In this document: piece after piece, positions 51,623 through 62,699 of the stretch | Numbering within the stretch: position 1 is the stretch's first letter | Layout: each line of letters opens with the position of its first letter | NCBI GenBank assembly: GCA_963744145.1 | Contig: CAVUSO010000001.1 | Location: forward strand, 5,760,001-5,824,000 | Direction: 5' to 3' | DNA from: an uncultured cyanobacterium | GTDB lineage: Bacteria; Cyanobacteriota; Cyanobacteriia; Cyanobacteriales; CAWUOF01 | DNA: 64,000 nt | Position numbers and translations under genes: made by a program | The notes under the pieces: model-generated | Seen by the model: only the letters and a program-made list of their open reading frames with translations | Databases searched by the model: none | Told to the model about the DNA's origin: nothing

Positions 51623-51781
51623 AAATAATCTTCTTTTCATCTGCTTATTAAAAGTAGAGCAAGTGCTACCTGCCAAGTTGGAAGGACAACTCAAGCTAGA
51701 ACTGGAAAACCAGATTTTTGAGGAATGGCTGAGAACAGTATCTAAGTCAACACCATTACTATACTCCTAATAACAAAAATT

Positions 51782-51880
51782 GTCAATCAATATTTAGTAG
51801 AATTTGCTGACAGACAAGGATGTGAATATGCCATGGCTATCTTAAAAGAAGATGAAGTTTTAGTCCATTTAGCAGGATAA
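51782..51880 (+). pseudogene. DUF4926-like gene, C-terminal half
   Basis: VNQYLVEFADRQGCEYAMAILKEDEVLV read manually. Confidence 0.55.
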
Positions 51881-52078
51881 TCGCTGATTCTAAAATGCCA
51901 AAGTGATAGTAAATATTTTTTGAATAGAGAATGCGATCGCGATCTAACCAAGTGCTATATGCTATATTTATATAGGCGTCCCATTATTGATATTAGCCCA
52001 GATAAAAAAATCTGTAAGATATCCAAAATGGCTAGAATAACCTTTTCAATGTCTTCCTAGATATAGATTGGAGAAGTT

Positions 52079-52678
52079 ATGAAAAAATATCGCATTACTG
52101 TTTTAATCAACCTGGGTATTATGTTTTTAGTGTTGGCGTTAATTGCTTATATGCACTTAATCGACAAACCAGCATCAGCATTATTTCTTCATCCCGTTTC
52201 TCCTAACTACCCAGGAGAGAGAATTTTAACTTATACATTTCAAATTTTGTGTTCTATCCCATTTATAGTTTGTACTTTTACTTGGGGGGTTCTCAGAACG
52301 ATTCAAGCTAAAGGTAAGTTGATTTTATTGTCAGCAATCATGTTCGGAATTTTTTTTATCAACGAAATTTTTCGGATTCACATTATGCTGTCAAATGCTG
52401 GTATTCCTGAAGTGTTCCCCATTGGACTATATGCGATTTTTTTTACTTTTTGTGGATTATTATGCAGGAAATAAATTTTATTAACGAGCTATATTATCCT
52501 ATTAACTGGGATAATTTTATTAGCTTTGGCGATGAAAATAGATCATGCTTTTGGAGAAAATACAATCGCTATTTTCCTAGCAGGTATACCCAAAGTTTTT
52601 GGGGCACTAAATGTTGCTATTTATTATTGGGATGTCTGTCATAAAGAGTTATTAAGATTTGGGGGAAGAAATCAGTGA
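52079..52678 (+). pseudogene. Membrane protein with in-frame TAA at 52472-52474
   Basis: The hydrophobic reading frame continues in frame after the stop (ILLTSYIILLTGIILLALAMKID...) to TGA at 52678. Confidence 0.65.
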
Positions 52679-52806
52679 CGCAAATCACACTAAAACTCAA
52701 AATGGCTCACAAAAAATATCCAACACTATCACCAAAAGACTCAACAATCATCACTTACCACCAAAGGTAATCACGGGATGATCAAGAAACCGAGTTAAAT
52801 AAAATA

Positions 52807-52998
52807 GTGATGATTCAATTCTCCAGTACAATTAAGGAAATTGTGGCCAATATCAACCAAACCCAAAAAGTAACCAAATCTGATTGGTGTATGATCGCGA
52901 CAGCACTTTTAGATGAATCAACTACAGAGGAAGAATGTAAAGTGATAGATATTGTACTTGGTCTGATCGCCAAAGGTACTGTCCAAGTTTCGGATTAA
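52807..52998 (+). CDS. Small hypothetical protein
   Basis: 63 aa; MIATALLDES.TEEE...ID......KG.V.V pattern common in cyanobacteria. Confidence 0.55.
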   Translation: MMIQFSSTIKEIVANINQTQKVTKSDWCMIATALLDESTTEEECKVIDIVLGLIAKGTVQVSD

Positions 52999-53024
52999 TT
53001 ATCGTATATTTTTTGCTAATTACT

Positions 53025-54555
53025 ATGCTGGCAAGAATCTGGAGTGCATCATTAGTCGGAATTGACGCTGTTAAGGTAGGTGTAGAAGTTGATGTAGCTG
53101 GTGGATTACCAGCTATAGTAATGGTAGGTCTACCTGATACTGCGGTACAAGAGTCACGGGAAAGAGTAAAAGCAGCAATAAAAAATGCTGGGTTTGCTTA
53201 TCCAATGAAAAGAATTGTCATTAACCTAACTCCAGCAGATTTACGCAAAGAAGGACCAAGCTTTGATTTACCAATTAGTATTGGAATGCTAGCAGCTTCA
53301 GAACAAGTAAATGCCCAATTACTAGGAGATTATCTATTTTTAGGAGAACTTTCTCTTGATGGTAGTTTAAGACCAATTGCTGGTGTATTAGCGATCGCTG
53401 CGGCTGCCCAAAAATTAGGTATTACAGGTATAGTTATTCCCTCGGCAAATGCCCAAGAAGCTGCTTTAGTAGAAGGTTTAGAAGTTTATGGGTTTAACTC
53501 CTTATGTGAAGTTGTCAATTTTCTGAATGCTCCTGAAAATTATTCACCCTTAAAAATTAATATTCACGCTGAACTAAATAAAAACTATTTTACCAGTTAC
53601 GATCTCAAAGATGTGAAAGGTCAATCCCATGCTCGTCGTGCTTTGGAAATAGCTGCTGCTGGGGGACATAATCTGATTTTTGTTGGACCTCCAGGAAGTG
53701 GGAAAACCATGTTAGCTCGTCGTTTATCAGGAATATTACCTCCTTTAACTTTTGCTGAAGCTTTAGAAGTTACTCAAATCCATTCAGTCGCAGGATTATT
53801 AAAAAATAAAGGTTCTTTAGTTAGCGATCGCCCATTTCGCAGTCCTCACCATTCTGCTTCCGGTCCATCTTTAGTCGGTGGTGGTAGTTTTCCTAAACCA
53901 GGAGAAATTTCTCTAGCTCATCGAGGTGTATTATTTTTAGACGAATTAACCGAGTTTAAACGAGATGTATTAGAGTTTTTGCGACAACCATTAGAAGATG
54001 GTCAAGTGACAATTTCTCGGACTCGTCTATCAGTCATGTTTCCCGCTCAGTTTACATTAGTTGCTAGCACTAATCCCTGTCCTTGTGGTTATTTTGGTGA
54101 TCCCATTCAACCTTGTACTTGTTCTCCCCGTCATCGAGAACAATATTGGGCAAAACTTTCTGGTCCATTGATGGATCGGATTGATTTACAAGTAATGGTA
54201 AATCGTCTCAAACCCGAAGAAATTACCCAGCAGTCACTCGGAGAAAATTCTGAACCAATTAGAGCTAGAGTAAAATTAGCTCGCGATCGCGCTTATGAGC
54301 GTTTTCAATCCGAACCCAATTTGCGTTGTAATGCTCAAATGCAAAGTTCTCATTTGCGAGAATGGTGTCAATTAGATCAAACTTCCACCAAATTATTAGA
54401 AGCAGCAATTAGCAAATTAGGTCTATCAGCTAGAGCTAGCGATCGCATTTTAAAAGTAGCACGGACGATCGCAGATCTCAGCTGGTGAATTAGAGATCCA
54501 ATCTCCCCATCTTGCTGAAGCCATTCAATATCGGACTATCGATCGAATGCAATAG
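53025..54555 (+). CDS. comM: YifB/ComM Mg-chelatase-related ATPase, +1 frameshift near 54480
   Basis: VGLPDTAVQESRERV, GPPGSGKTMLARR, PFRSPHHS, LFLDELTEF, NPCPCG; terminal HLAEAIQYRTIDRMQ* lies in the +1 frame. Confidence 0.92.
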
Positions 54556-54951
54556 TTTTTATCAACAGAGATTTTGATTAATCACCCAATAATCAAGTCA
54601 ATCCAGTTCAGTGAGATCAGAAAATATATGATTTTTTAGGCGTCGCCGTGAGCGTCAGTCGAACGGTATGTAGTAGCGATAAGAGCGCTCTTGACGGAAA
54701 AAATACCCCCTCCCATTCACGGTAAACGCATCTAAATCATGGAAACCTTACCCAGTAATGCTTTCATGATTTAATCACAAAAATTAACAATTGCTGAAAC
54801 CCTGATTCAGTAAGCATTATAAAAATCAGATGCTTGTATTCTGAATGGTGAGCCTGGTAAACTGTCTCTAGAAATCAGATAGGATATGGGTTTTAATGGA
54901 ATCTCTCCCCACTTGCTAGGGAAATTATTTGAATATAAACTGGACACTACT

Positions 54952-55353
54952 ATGAAAATCGATCGGTTACAGGAACTCAAGCAAAAATTGGCCGTTGAAA
55001 AAGAGCTTTCCGATATCTGGTTATTTTACATGGATCATTTTGCAGATTATCCGGAATTTACTGAACTAGGAAAGCCTGCCCGTAGTGAATATCTAAGTGC
55101 TATTCTCCACAAATGTTGTCAGCAAATGTTTGGTAAGGCAATAAAAATTACCGACTTTTTATTGATTTACATTGCAGAATATCAGCTCTTTCATGGACCT
55201 TTCCAAGTAGAAGGACAGATTGGCGGTGTGATTTATTTCGAGGATATAAAAATTGGGTTAATTGCCGTGTCAGAAGAATTTCTCCCCGTCAGTGAGGTTA
55301 AGTATTCACGCTTCTCCATCCCCCACGAACACCCCCACGCGATGAGAAATTAA
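54952..55353 (+). CDS. Conserved hypothetical protein
   Basis: 133-aa ORF with protein-like composition. Confidence 0.65.
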   Translation: MKIDRLQELKQKLAVEKELSDIWLFYMDHFADYPEFTELGKPARSEYLSAILHKCCQQMFGKAIKITDFLLIYIAEYQLFHGPFQVEGQIGGVIYFEDIKIGLIAVSEEFLPVSEVKYSRFSIPHEHPHAMRN

Positions 55354-55515
55354 TTAAATAACATAGTTCAAAATTTCCTATCCTATCAGTAAGCAATTTA
55401 TCTTTCTGGTAGGGTTTTAGTTTTAGCCATCAAGTCAGGATTTCTCAGAACGCGATCGCTAAATAATACCACCCATTGACATCTTCGTCAATTCGGGTGG
55501 TTAAGGTAAATTTGC

Positions 55516-56457
55516 TTAATGATAATTTCTGGTTGCCATCAACATATGATAAGCAATCAATAGTTGAGTAATAGCTAAGGGATAGCTTTGGATCGCTTCT
55601 CCAGTTGTACCGGTAATATTACCGATTTCTTGATTACCTTCCAAACTACAATAGGGTAACAAGTCAGGTAATTCATTGCACATAATTTTCTCTAGCTTGC
55701 TGACTTGTTGGCTAGTAGCATGATTGTCAATTTCTAACACATCAACTGGTTTACCCATATCTCGATCTAATTCGAGACGGATGGTTTGAGTTGAATCAAC
55801 TTTGGTTTGAGCTAAAATATTGGTAAAATCCGGATGAGGAATAGTCGGTCTGAGAATTAAACGGACATTGAGATTAGGATTATGCTCCAAAGGTATATCA
55901 TCAGGTGGATAAAATGTCACTATGACATCTGCCCATTGTCGCTGAGGACGGATATATTCTTCTGAATCTGGTTCACGTTTTTGGAGTTCAGCGAGAACTT
56001 GTTCTTCACTATAACCGCGTTTCATCGTATCACGCTTGATTTTCCAATAAGTACGCAAAGGTTCTGGTGGTGCTAAATAGACTTTTATATCATAACAATC
56101 CCGACAACCACGGGTCGAATAACCGAGCAAACCTTCGATAATCACAAATTTATTTGGTTTGATGTATTCTGGTGCTTCAAATGTGCCGGTTTTATGACTA
56201 TAAACGGGTTTGAGGATGGGTTGTCCAGTTCGCAGCAAGATTAAGTGTTGCTGCATAATGTCTAAATAGTTACAATCAGGATGGAGTGCAGTTATCCCAA
56301 GTTGGGCTCGTTGTTGACGATCGTAACGATGATAATCGTCTGTACAAAGAACTGTAACATTTTCAGCGCCCAGCACTTGAGCAATCCCTGAAGTTAGGGT
56401 GGTTTTCCCAGCAGCACTGTCACCGACAATTCCCAGAATAATGGGTCGATAGTTCAT
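55516..56457 (-). CDS. prk: Phosphoribulokinase / uridine kinase family protein
   Basis: GIVGDSAAGKTT, CTDDYHRYDR, IIEGLL, WKIKRDT..RGY, PQRQWAD. Confidence 0.85.
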   Translation of the reverse strand: MNYRPIILGIVGDSAAGKTTLTSGIAQVLGAENVTVLCTDDYHRYDRQQRAQLGITALHPDCNYLDIMQQHLILLRTGQPILKPVYSHKTGTFEAPEYIKPNKFVIIEGLLGYSTRGCRDCYDIKVYLAPPEPLRTYWKIKRDTMKRGYSEEQVLAELQKREPDSEEYIRPQRQWADVIVTFYPPDDIPLEHNPNLNVRLILRPTIPHPDFTNILAQTKVDSTQTIRLELDRDMGKPVDVLEIDNHATSQQVSKLEKIMCNELPDLLPYCSLEGNQEIGNITGTTGEAIQSYPLAITQLLIAYHMLMATRNYH

Positions 56458-56589
56458 AATTCCTCATCTATGAAAACAATTAATTAGGTTAAGTCTACAA
56501 GTAAATGGGATCGGGATCAATCATCAAAATTGATTGCAGCAATAATTAATTTTTCTTAATCAGCTCAATATCTAATCAGAAATATCTGT

Positions 56590-58212
56590 TTACCAGTCAT
56601 CATTGTGTCGAGGTTGTTTAGGTTCCCAGTCATCACGTTCAGATAATTGGGGTGCTGCTTCCGGTTCATTTAAGCTGGATGCTGCTGGTTCTATTTCCGG
56701 TGGTGACTTGATTTGTAAAGGTTCAACGACTTTAGCGATCGCATTTTTAATAAAAGCTTTGACAAATTCATCTCGACGATTAAGTTGAAACTGTCTTTGG
56801 ACTACTTCGGTAATTCCTCCATCACCCCAATCCTGGTCATGACGAAAATATTCAATAAAACTTTTACCAGCAATCCGAGTTAAATATGCTGCGGTGACTC
56901 CTTGGATAGTTTTCCCTACTACTAAAGTAGCAAAATTTAATTGCAGTGCTGCCGAAACTAACTCAATTGCTCCCTTCACAATCCCTAAACTAGCCAAAGT
57001 TTTGCCCAAGGAAAGAGCCAATTCTTGTCCGCGCTCCATATTCAGTTCACAACCATAAATTCTGCCAATTTCTACTACCATTTGAGCATTAACAGCCGCA
57101 GTTGCAAGGAGATCAACTATGGGTAAAGGAGTAACTGCAATTACCCCAGCACCAATCCACTGAAACCGCTCGACAATTTTTTCTGATTGACGTCGTCTTT
57201 GGGCATCAATTAAACGTCTTGCTTCTTCTCCTAAACGCTGAGATTGGAGTAAAATATTATCAGCAATTAAATCTTCTCCTTCCGATCGTAAAATAGCAGC
57301 CATCCGCTGAATCAGGGGCATAATATCTGGTTCCGCTTGGAAAATTTTGCCATTTTCTAGGGTGACAGGTTGAGGATTAGCTGCGATCGCAACCACATCA
57401 TTAGTATTAATAAAACTCCGCACTCGCTCTCGCAATCTGGCCAAAATTATTGATCGATCTTCTTCAAAATATCGATCAATTTTATTAAAAATAACTAAGG
57501 ATCTTTTGCCAATTTCTGCTAACATTTGTAACGGCGTATATTCCGAATTAGATAAGTCGTTATCTAACACAAATAATAACAAATCTGCTTCCGTTGCTAA
57601 TTCTCTTGCTAATTTTTCTCGTTCCGTTCCAGCTCCACCAGCTTCTAAAATTCCTGGGGTATCAATAATCAAAATTTCTCTTTCTAAACCTTTAAGTTTG
57701 AGACGATAAGTTTCTCCCACTTCCGTAGTACCCATTGGTGCAGAAACTCGACCAACCATCCGTCCAATTAACGCATTAACTAAAGAACTTTTGCCAGCTG
57801 AACCTGTACCAAATACTACTACTTGTAATTCTCCACGAGACAAACTAGCTTCAATTTCCCTAGCTCGCGATCGCAGTGCTTGTTGAGCAACTTCATCGTG
57901 AATTTGAGCTACTTGTTGTCTGACAGCTTTGAGAGTTTCGGAAGCAGCTTCAGTTTTTTGAGCAGACACTTGATACTGAGGACGACGCTGACGTGACTTT
58001 TGGGGGCGTTGCAATAACATGATGTAATAGACAAACGCTCCGATTAAAATTCCTAATATTCCAATCAGTAATAATAGTAGCAGATTCGCCAGCAGAGGTG
58101 TGGCAAAGGAAATTTGCCAGTAAAGCCGATATAGGGAATCAATCAACCATAGCATCAGCCCTAGAATTAGGCTAATACCAATAATTAGCGTCAGTAGGCG
58201 CGGCAAGGGCAT
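56590..58212 (-). CDS. YcjF/DUF697 GTP-binding protein
   Basis: GTGSAGKSS, DTPG, NKID, PLPIVDLLATAAVNAQM. Confidence 0.9.
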   Translation of the reverse strand: MPLPRLLTLIIGISLILGLMLWLIDSLYRLYWQISFATPLLANLLLLLLIGILGILIGAFVYYIMLLQRPQKSRQRRPQYQVSAQKTEAASETLKAVRQQVAQIHDEVAQQALRSRAREIEASLSRGELQVVVFGTGSAGKSSLVNALIGRMVGRVSAPMGTTEVGETYRLKLKGLEREILIIDTPGILEAGGAGTEREKLARELATEADLLLFVLDNDLSNSEYTPLQMLAEIGKRSLVIFNKIDRYFEEDRSIILARLRERVRSFINTNDVVAIAANPQPVTLENGKIFQAEPDIMPLIQRMAAILRSEGEDLIADNILLQSQRLGEEARRLIDAQRRRQSEKIVERFQWIGAGVIAVTPLPIVDLLATAAVNAQMVVEIGRIYGCELNMERGQELALSLGKTLASLGIVKGAIELVSAALQLNFATLVVGKTIQGVTAAYLTRIAGKSFIEYFRHDQDWGDGGITEVVQRQFQLNRRDEFVKAFIKNAIAKVVEPLQIKSPPEIEPAASSLNEPEAAPQLSERDDWEPKQPRHNDDW

Positions 58213-58318
58213 GAAAGTAGTTAAAATTAAGTATGGTCTAACTGGGATAAATTGAGCTTTACTCGATCATATCTATTTTTCTTATCTTTTTTACCATTTT
58301 TGGGGATCTGGGCAGAAG

Positions 58319-58483
58319 AAGGGTTTACCCTGAGTGTTCCCTGAGCGGAGTCGAAGGGCGGAGTCGAAGGGCGGAGTCGAAGGGCGGAGTCGAAGGGTGA
58401 AGCATTCGGATATAATATTATTGGTGCTTATCGCTCAATTGTCGCCCGAATGCTTCACCCCTACAGTTAACTGAACCGTATTG
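58319..58483. repeat. REP doublet/MITE remnant with tandemly amplified 13-mer CGGAGTCGAAGGG (x4)
   Basis: Read directly; right TIR TTAACTGAACCGTATTG present. Confidence 0.75.
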
Positions 58484-58525
58484 GGGCAGATTACAGAAAT
58501 TTTCTTGTTAAAATCTGCCATCAAA

Positions 58526-60082
58526 CTAAGCTTCTTTAATGGGACGCATCGTGGGAAACATGATTGCGTCACGGATGCTTTGAGTATTGGTGAGTAACAT
58601 TACTACTCGGTCTACTCCTATTCCCATACCTGCACAATTTGGCATTCCCAAGGATAAAGCTTCAATAAAGTCTTCATCCATGGGATGTGCTTCGTCATCT
58701 CCAGCTTTTTTCTGTGCTAATTGTTCTTCAAAACGCTGACGTTGTTCTTGTGGATCGTTCAACTCAGAAAATCCGTTGGAGTATTCTGTACCATTGATAA
58801 ATAACTCGAATCGTTCGACAAATCCTGGTTTACTCCGATGTCCTTTAGCGAGGGGACTAACTTCAACCGGAAAGTCAATAATGAAGGTAGGTTGAATTAA
58901 AGTTGGTACAACTTGTTTGTCAAATACTGCATAGAGTAGGTAGCCCAAATTCTGTTTGTCTAAGTTAGATAATGGTACTCCAATTTGTTCAGCTTGAACA
59001 ATAGCTGCTGCTAATTCTAGCTGCTCAAAATCTAACTTGGTTTCATCTTTAACTGCTTCTACCATGGTTTTAATTTGCCAATGGTGACCAGACAGACTCG
59101 GATATTTGCTACTATGATCATATTTACGTTCTAAGCTAATGGTTTGTCCTTGATATTCAATTTCTGGTCGATCGCCCACTACTGTAGCTTGAGCATAACA
59201 AATCACCTCTTCCACTAAGGTAAGAATATCAAAATAATCGGCATAAGCTTGATAAACTTCTAAGGAAGTAAATTCTGGGTTATGGGTACTGTCTACTCCT
59301 TCATTCCGAAATACTCTCCCTAGTTCAAATACCCGTTCAAATCCACCACAAACTGCTCTTTTCAGAAATAGCTCGGGAGCAATGCGTAGATATAGATCTA
59401 CATCTAAAGCATTATGATGTGTGATAAATGGTCTAGCAGCAGCACCTCCATAAATTGCTTGTAAGGTGGGAGTTTCAATTTCATAAAAATCGGCATTACC
59501 TAGATAATTACGAATACTACTAATAATCCGACTGCGGATCATAAATCGCTGTAATGATTCTGGATTTCCGGCTAAATCCATTTCCCGATGTCTACGACAA
59601 GTTTCCGGATCATTAACTCCATAATAAGCGTCAGGAAACTGAATCGTAGCTTTAGCAAGAAGTTGTAATTCTCCTACTTGGAGCGATAATTCTCCCCGAT
59701 TAGTTCGACAACCAATTCCTTCAGCTCCGACAAAATCTCCGACATCTAGGAGTTTTTGAATTTGTTTAAAGCTTAATCCAGGTTCACCTTTAACGATTTT
59801 TTTTTCAATTTTGAGTTGGATTTTTCCAGCAGCATCTTTGACATCCATAAAGCAGATGCTACCACTATCCCGTTTGGATGTGATCCGACCACAAACCCGA
59901 ATATTAATTTGTTCGGGATCTGTTTCTCCATTTTGGAGTTCTTTACCTGGTTGGGTAAATAATTCCTCCACTTTTTGACTGGTATGCGATCGCTGATAAG
60001 CTTGACTGGGATATGGTTCTATCCCTTGCGATCGCAATTCTGCTACTTTCTGTGAGCGGACTTCTGCTTCACTTCGAGTCAT
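58526..60082 (-). CDS. lysS: Lysine--tRNA ligase (class II)
   Basis: OB-fold N-terminus, GGAAARPFITHHNALD, FELGRVFRNEG..HNPEFT, ERFELF, GMGIGVDR. Confidence 0.93.
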   Translation of the reverse strand: MTRSEAEVRSQKVAELRSQGIEPYPSQAYQRSHTSQKVEELFTQPGKELQNGETDPEQINIRVCGRITSKRDSGSICFMDVKDAAGKIQLKIEKKIVKGEPGLSFKQIQKLLDVGDFVGAEGIGCRTNRGELSLQVGELQLLAKATIQFPDAYYGVNDPETCRRHREMDLAGNPESLQRFMIRSRIISSIRNYLGNADFYEIETPTLQAIYGGAAARPFITHHNALDVDLYLRIAPELFLKRAVCGGFERVFELGRVFRNEGVDSTHNPEFTSLEVYQAYADYFDILTLVEEVICYAQATVVGDRPEIEYQGQTISLERKYDHSSKYPSLSGHHWQIKTMVEAVKDETKLDFEQLELAAAIVQAEQIGVPLSNLDKQNLGYLLYAVFDKQVVPTLIQPTFIIDFPVEVSPLAKGHRSKPGFVERFELFINGTEYSNGFSELNDPQEQRQRFEEQLAQKKAGDDEAHPMDEDFIEALSLGMPNCAGMGIGVDRVVMLLTNTQSIRDAIMFPTMRPIKEA

Positions 60083-60361
60083 CCCCTGGTATCCTCTTTA
60101 ATGCCAAACATGGTATTATAGCATAAATGCTACCAATAAAATTCTATTCTCCGGAGAAAATAGTTGGCAATCATGATGAGTTAAGATTGTGATCAAAATA
60201 TCCCAACTAAGGTGATCGGGTTGTGGATCAAATAAATTAGTCGATCGTTGGCTTTTAATTTTCTGAAAATAAAAAGTTTCCAAGACTGATTTTTACCTGG
60301 TTCAAAGTTAGCTCATTTAACAGTCTAATTGTGATCTAATTAGTTATTTATATCCCCACTT

Positions 60362-62306
60362 ATGTCTTTTCTACCTACTAAATCCTCAGTCAAACCAAAA
60401 CGAACTTCAGCGGTACTACTCGGTAGCGTCATTTTACTGGTAGGTGTAACAGCATTACTCAGCTATAAGATACTTTACCATGTAATTTTAAACAACTTAA
60501 AAGCTAATATGCACTTAAAAGTAGAAACGACAGGTAATGAAATTGATAACTTACTTGCGAGCAAGTTAGAAAAACTCAAACTCCTGGTTCGATACCCCGA
60601 TGGTTAGAACTGTAGATTGGTCAAAAGCTGGACCTTATTTACAGTTAGAACTAGATCAAAATCCAGATTTTAACGGAATCGCTTTGATCAAACCAGACGG
60701 GTCGATGTATCTTACCTCGAATAACGGATTAGAGGTGATTAATATTAAAGATCGCCCCTATTTTCAGCAAGCGATGGCTGGAAAATCAATTATTAATAAT
60801 CCGATTATTGCCCGCACCAGTAATAATTTAATTTCTATTTTTGCCACACCAATATTTTCTGCACCTTGCTGTTTTAGTCAGAAACTTTCTCCCGAACGAG
60901 AATTAATCCGTTCCCAATCCTTAGCTTTTTTTCAGCTTCCTAATAATCCTAACTATCGTCCTTACCCAATCGGAGTCTTAACCGCAGCGGTACCTGTATT
61001 ACGAATCGGACAGCTAGTAGATAAAATTGCTGATGAAGATCATAGTTATGCTTTTGTAATTGACAATCAAGGTCAACCTTTAGCTTATCCTGATAAAAGT
61101 TTTCTCCAGACACCACATAATTTGCTGAAAACGAAAGATCCTGAATTAGGAAGAATTGTGGAAGCAATGGTTCATCACAATTCTAATGTAGAATTAGTCA
61201 AATTAAACAATGAATGGGTTTATGTTGCTTATTTACCGCTGCATGAAGCTAACTGGTTTTTAGCCTTAGTCACTCCTCAAACTGCGCTAGAAAAAGGATT
61301 AAGTATTCTCAATTTATTAGCATTATTTATTGGCTTACTGTTAATTATTGCCATTATCGTAACTTGGAGACAAATCCAACTATTTGACGCCACCCGTATT
61401 TATGCTGAAAAAGAAGCATTACAATCTCAACAACTTGCTCAAACTTTAAAAGAATTACAAGAAACCCAATTTCACCTCATCCAAAGTGAAAAAATGTCTT
61501 CCCTTGGTCAAATGGTAGCTGGGATTGCTCATGAAATTAACAATCCTGTCAACTTCATCCATGGTAATCTTACCCATGTTAAGGAATATACTCATAATTT
61601 ACTAACGTTAGTTGAACTTTATAATGAAGAACTAGGTTCTCCCTCGGAGAAAATAGAAGATTATAGTGAAAACATTGATTTAGAATTTATGATTGAGGAT
61701 TTACCAAAAATCTTGAATTCGATGAAAATTGGTACAGAGCGGATCAGGGAAATTGTTCTCTCTTTGAGAAACTTTTCTCGAATTGATGAAGCAGATATGA
61801 AATCTGTTGATATCCATGAAGGAATTGATAGCACTTTATTATTATTAGAAAATAAATTAAAAGCCAAACCTGGTCATTCCGAAATTAAAATAGTTAAAAA
61901 CTATAGTGATCTTCCTTTAGTAGAGTGCTATCCCGGTCAATTAAATCAAGTATTTATGAATATTATTAATAACGCAATTGACGCGATCGATGAATATAGG
62001 GATCAGGCTGATCTGGCAAATAAAAATGTACCGAGTACCATTACGATTCGGACAGAACTTTCCGAACTTGGTTATGTAACGATCGGGATAGGTGATAATG
62101 GACCAGGAATATCAGCTGAAGTACAGAATCGTCTATTTGATCCATTTTTTACGACGAAACCTGTGGGTAAAGGAACTGGGTTGGGGTTATCAATTAGTTA
62201 TCAGATTATTGTCCAGAAACACGGGGGAAAATTAAGTTGTCTTTCTGCGATCGGTCAAGGTACAGAGTTTTTAATTGAAATCCCCTGCAAACAGCAATCT
62301 ACCTAA
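60362..62306 (+). CDS. Cache-domain sensor histidine kinase, +1 frameshift near 60590
   Basis: First TM in ORF 60362-60607; dCache (IKDRPYFQQAM), TM2, IAHEINNP and HATPase in ORF 60600-62306. Confidence 0.85.
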
Positions 62307-62321
62307 AACTATAATTTAATT

Positions 62322-62699
62322 CAATAGGATTCAGTTAACTGTAGGGGCGTTCGCGTAGCGTGCCGGAGGTATAGCATTCGGGCGACAATTGAACAATCAA
62401 ACTTTACCCTGAGTTTACCCTGAGCGTAGCCGAAGGGCGTAGTCGAAGGGCAGCAATATCATATCCGAATGCTTCGCCCTCACCATCTATGCAGCCAACC
62501 GATCAACTATATATAGCAATAGGGTTCAGTTAAGATTTTTTTTGGATATCTCGGCGAAGAAGGGCGAAGCATTCGGATATAAAATTAACGGCCCTTCGAC
62601 TACGCCCTTCGGCTACGCTCAGGGTAAACTCAGGGTAAAATTTAAGTGATAAATTATCGCCCGAATGCTTCGCCCCTACATGGTAATTTAATCCTATTG
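62322..62699. repeat. Cluster of two REP doublets/MITE-like units with SDR insertions
   Basis: CAATAGG(A/G)TTCAGTTAA ends; GTAGGGGCG/CGCCCCTAC arms; TTTACCCTGAG...GAAGGG insert present in both orientations. Confidence 0.7.

Noticed and set aside
33890..51880. Classical integron
   Set aside because: No tyrosine recombinase in the window and no recognisable attC RYYYAAC...GTTRRRY structure at cassette ends
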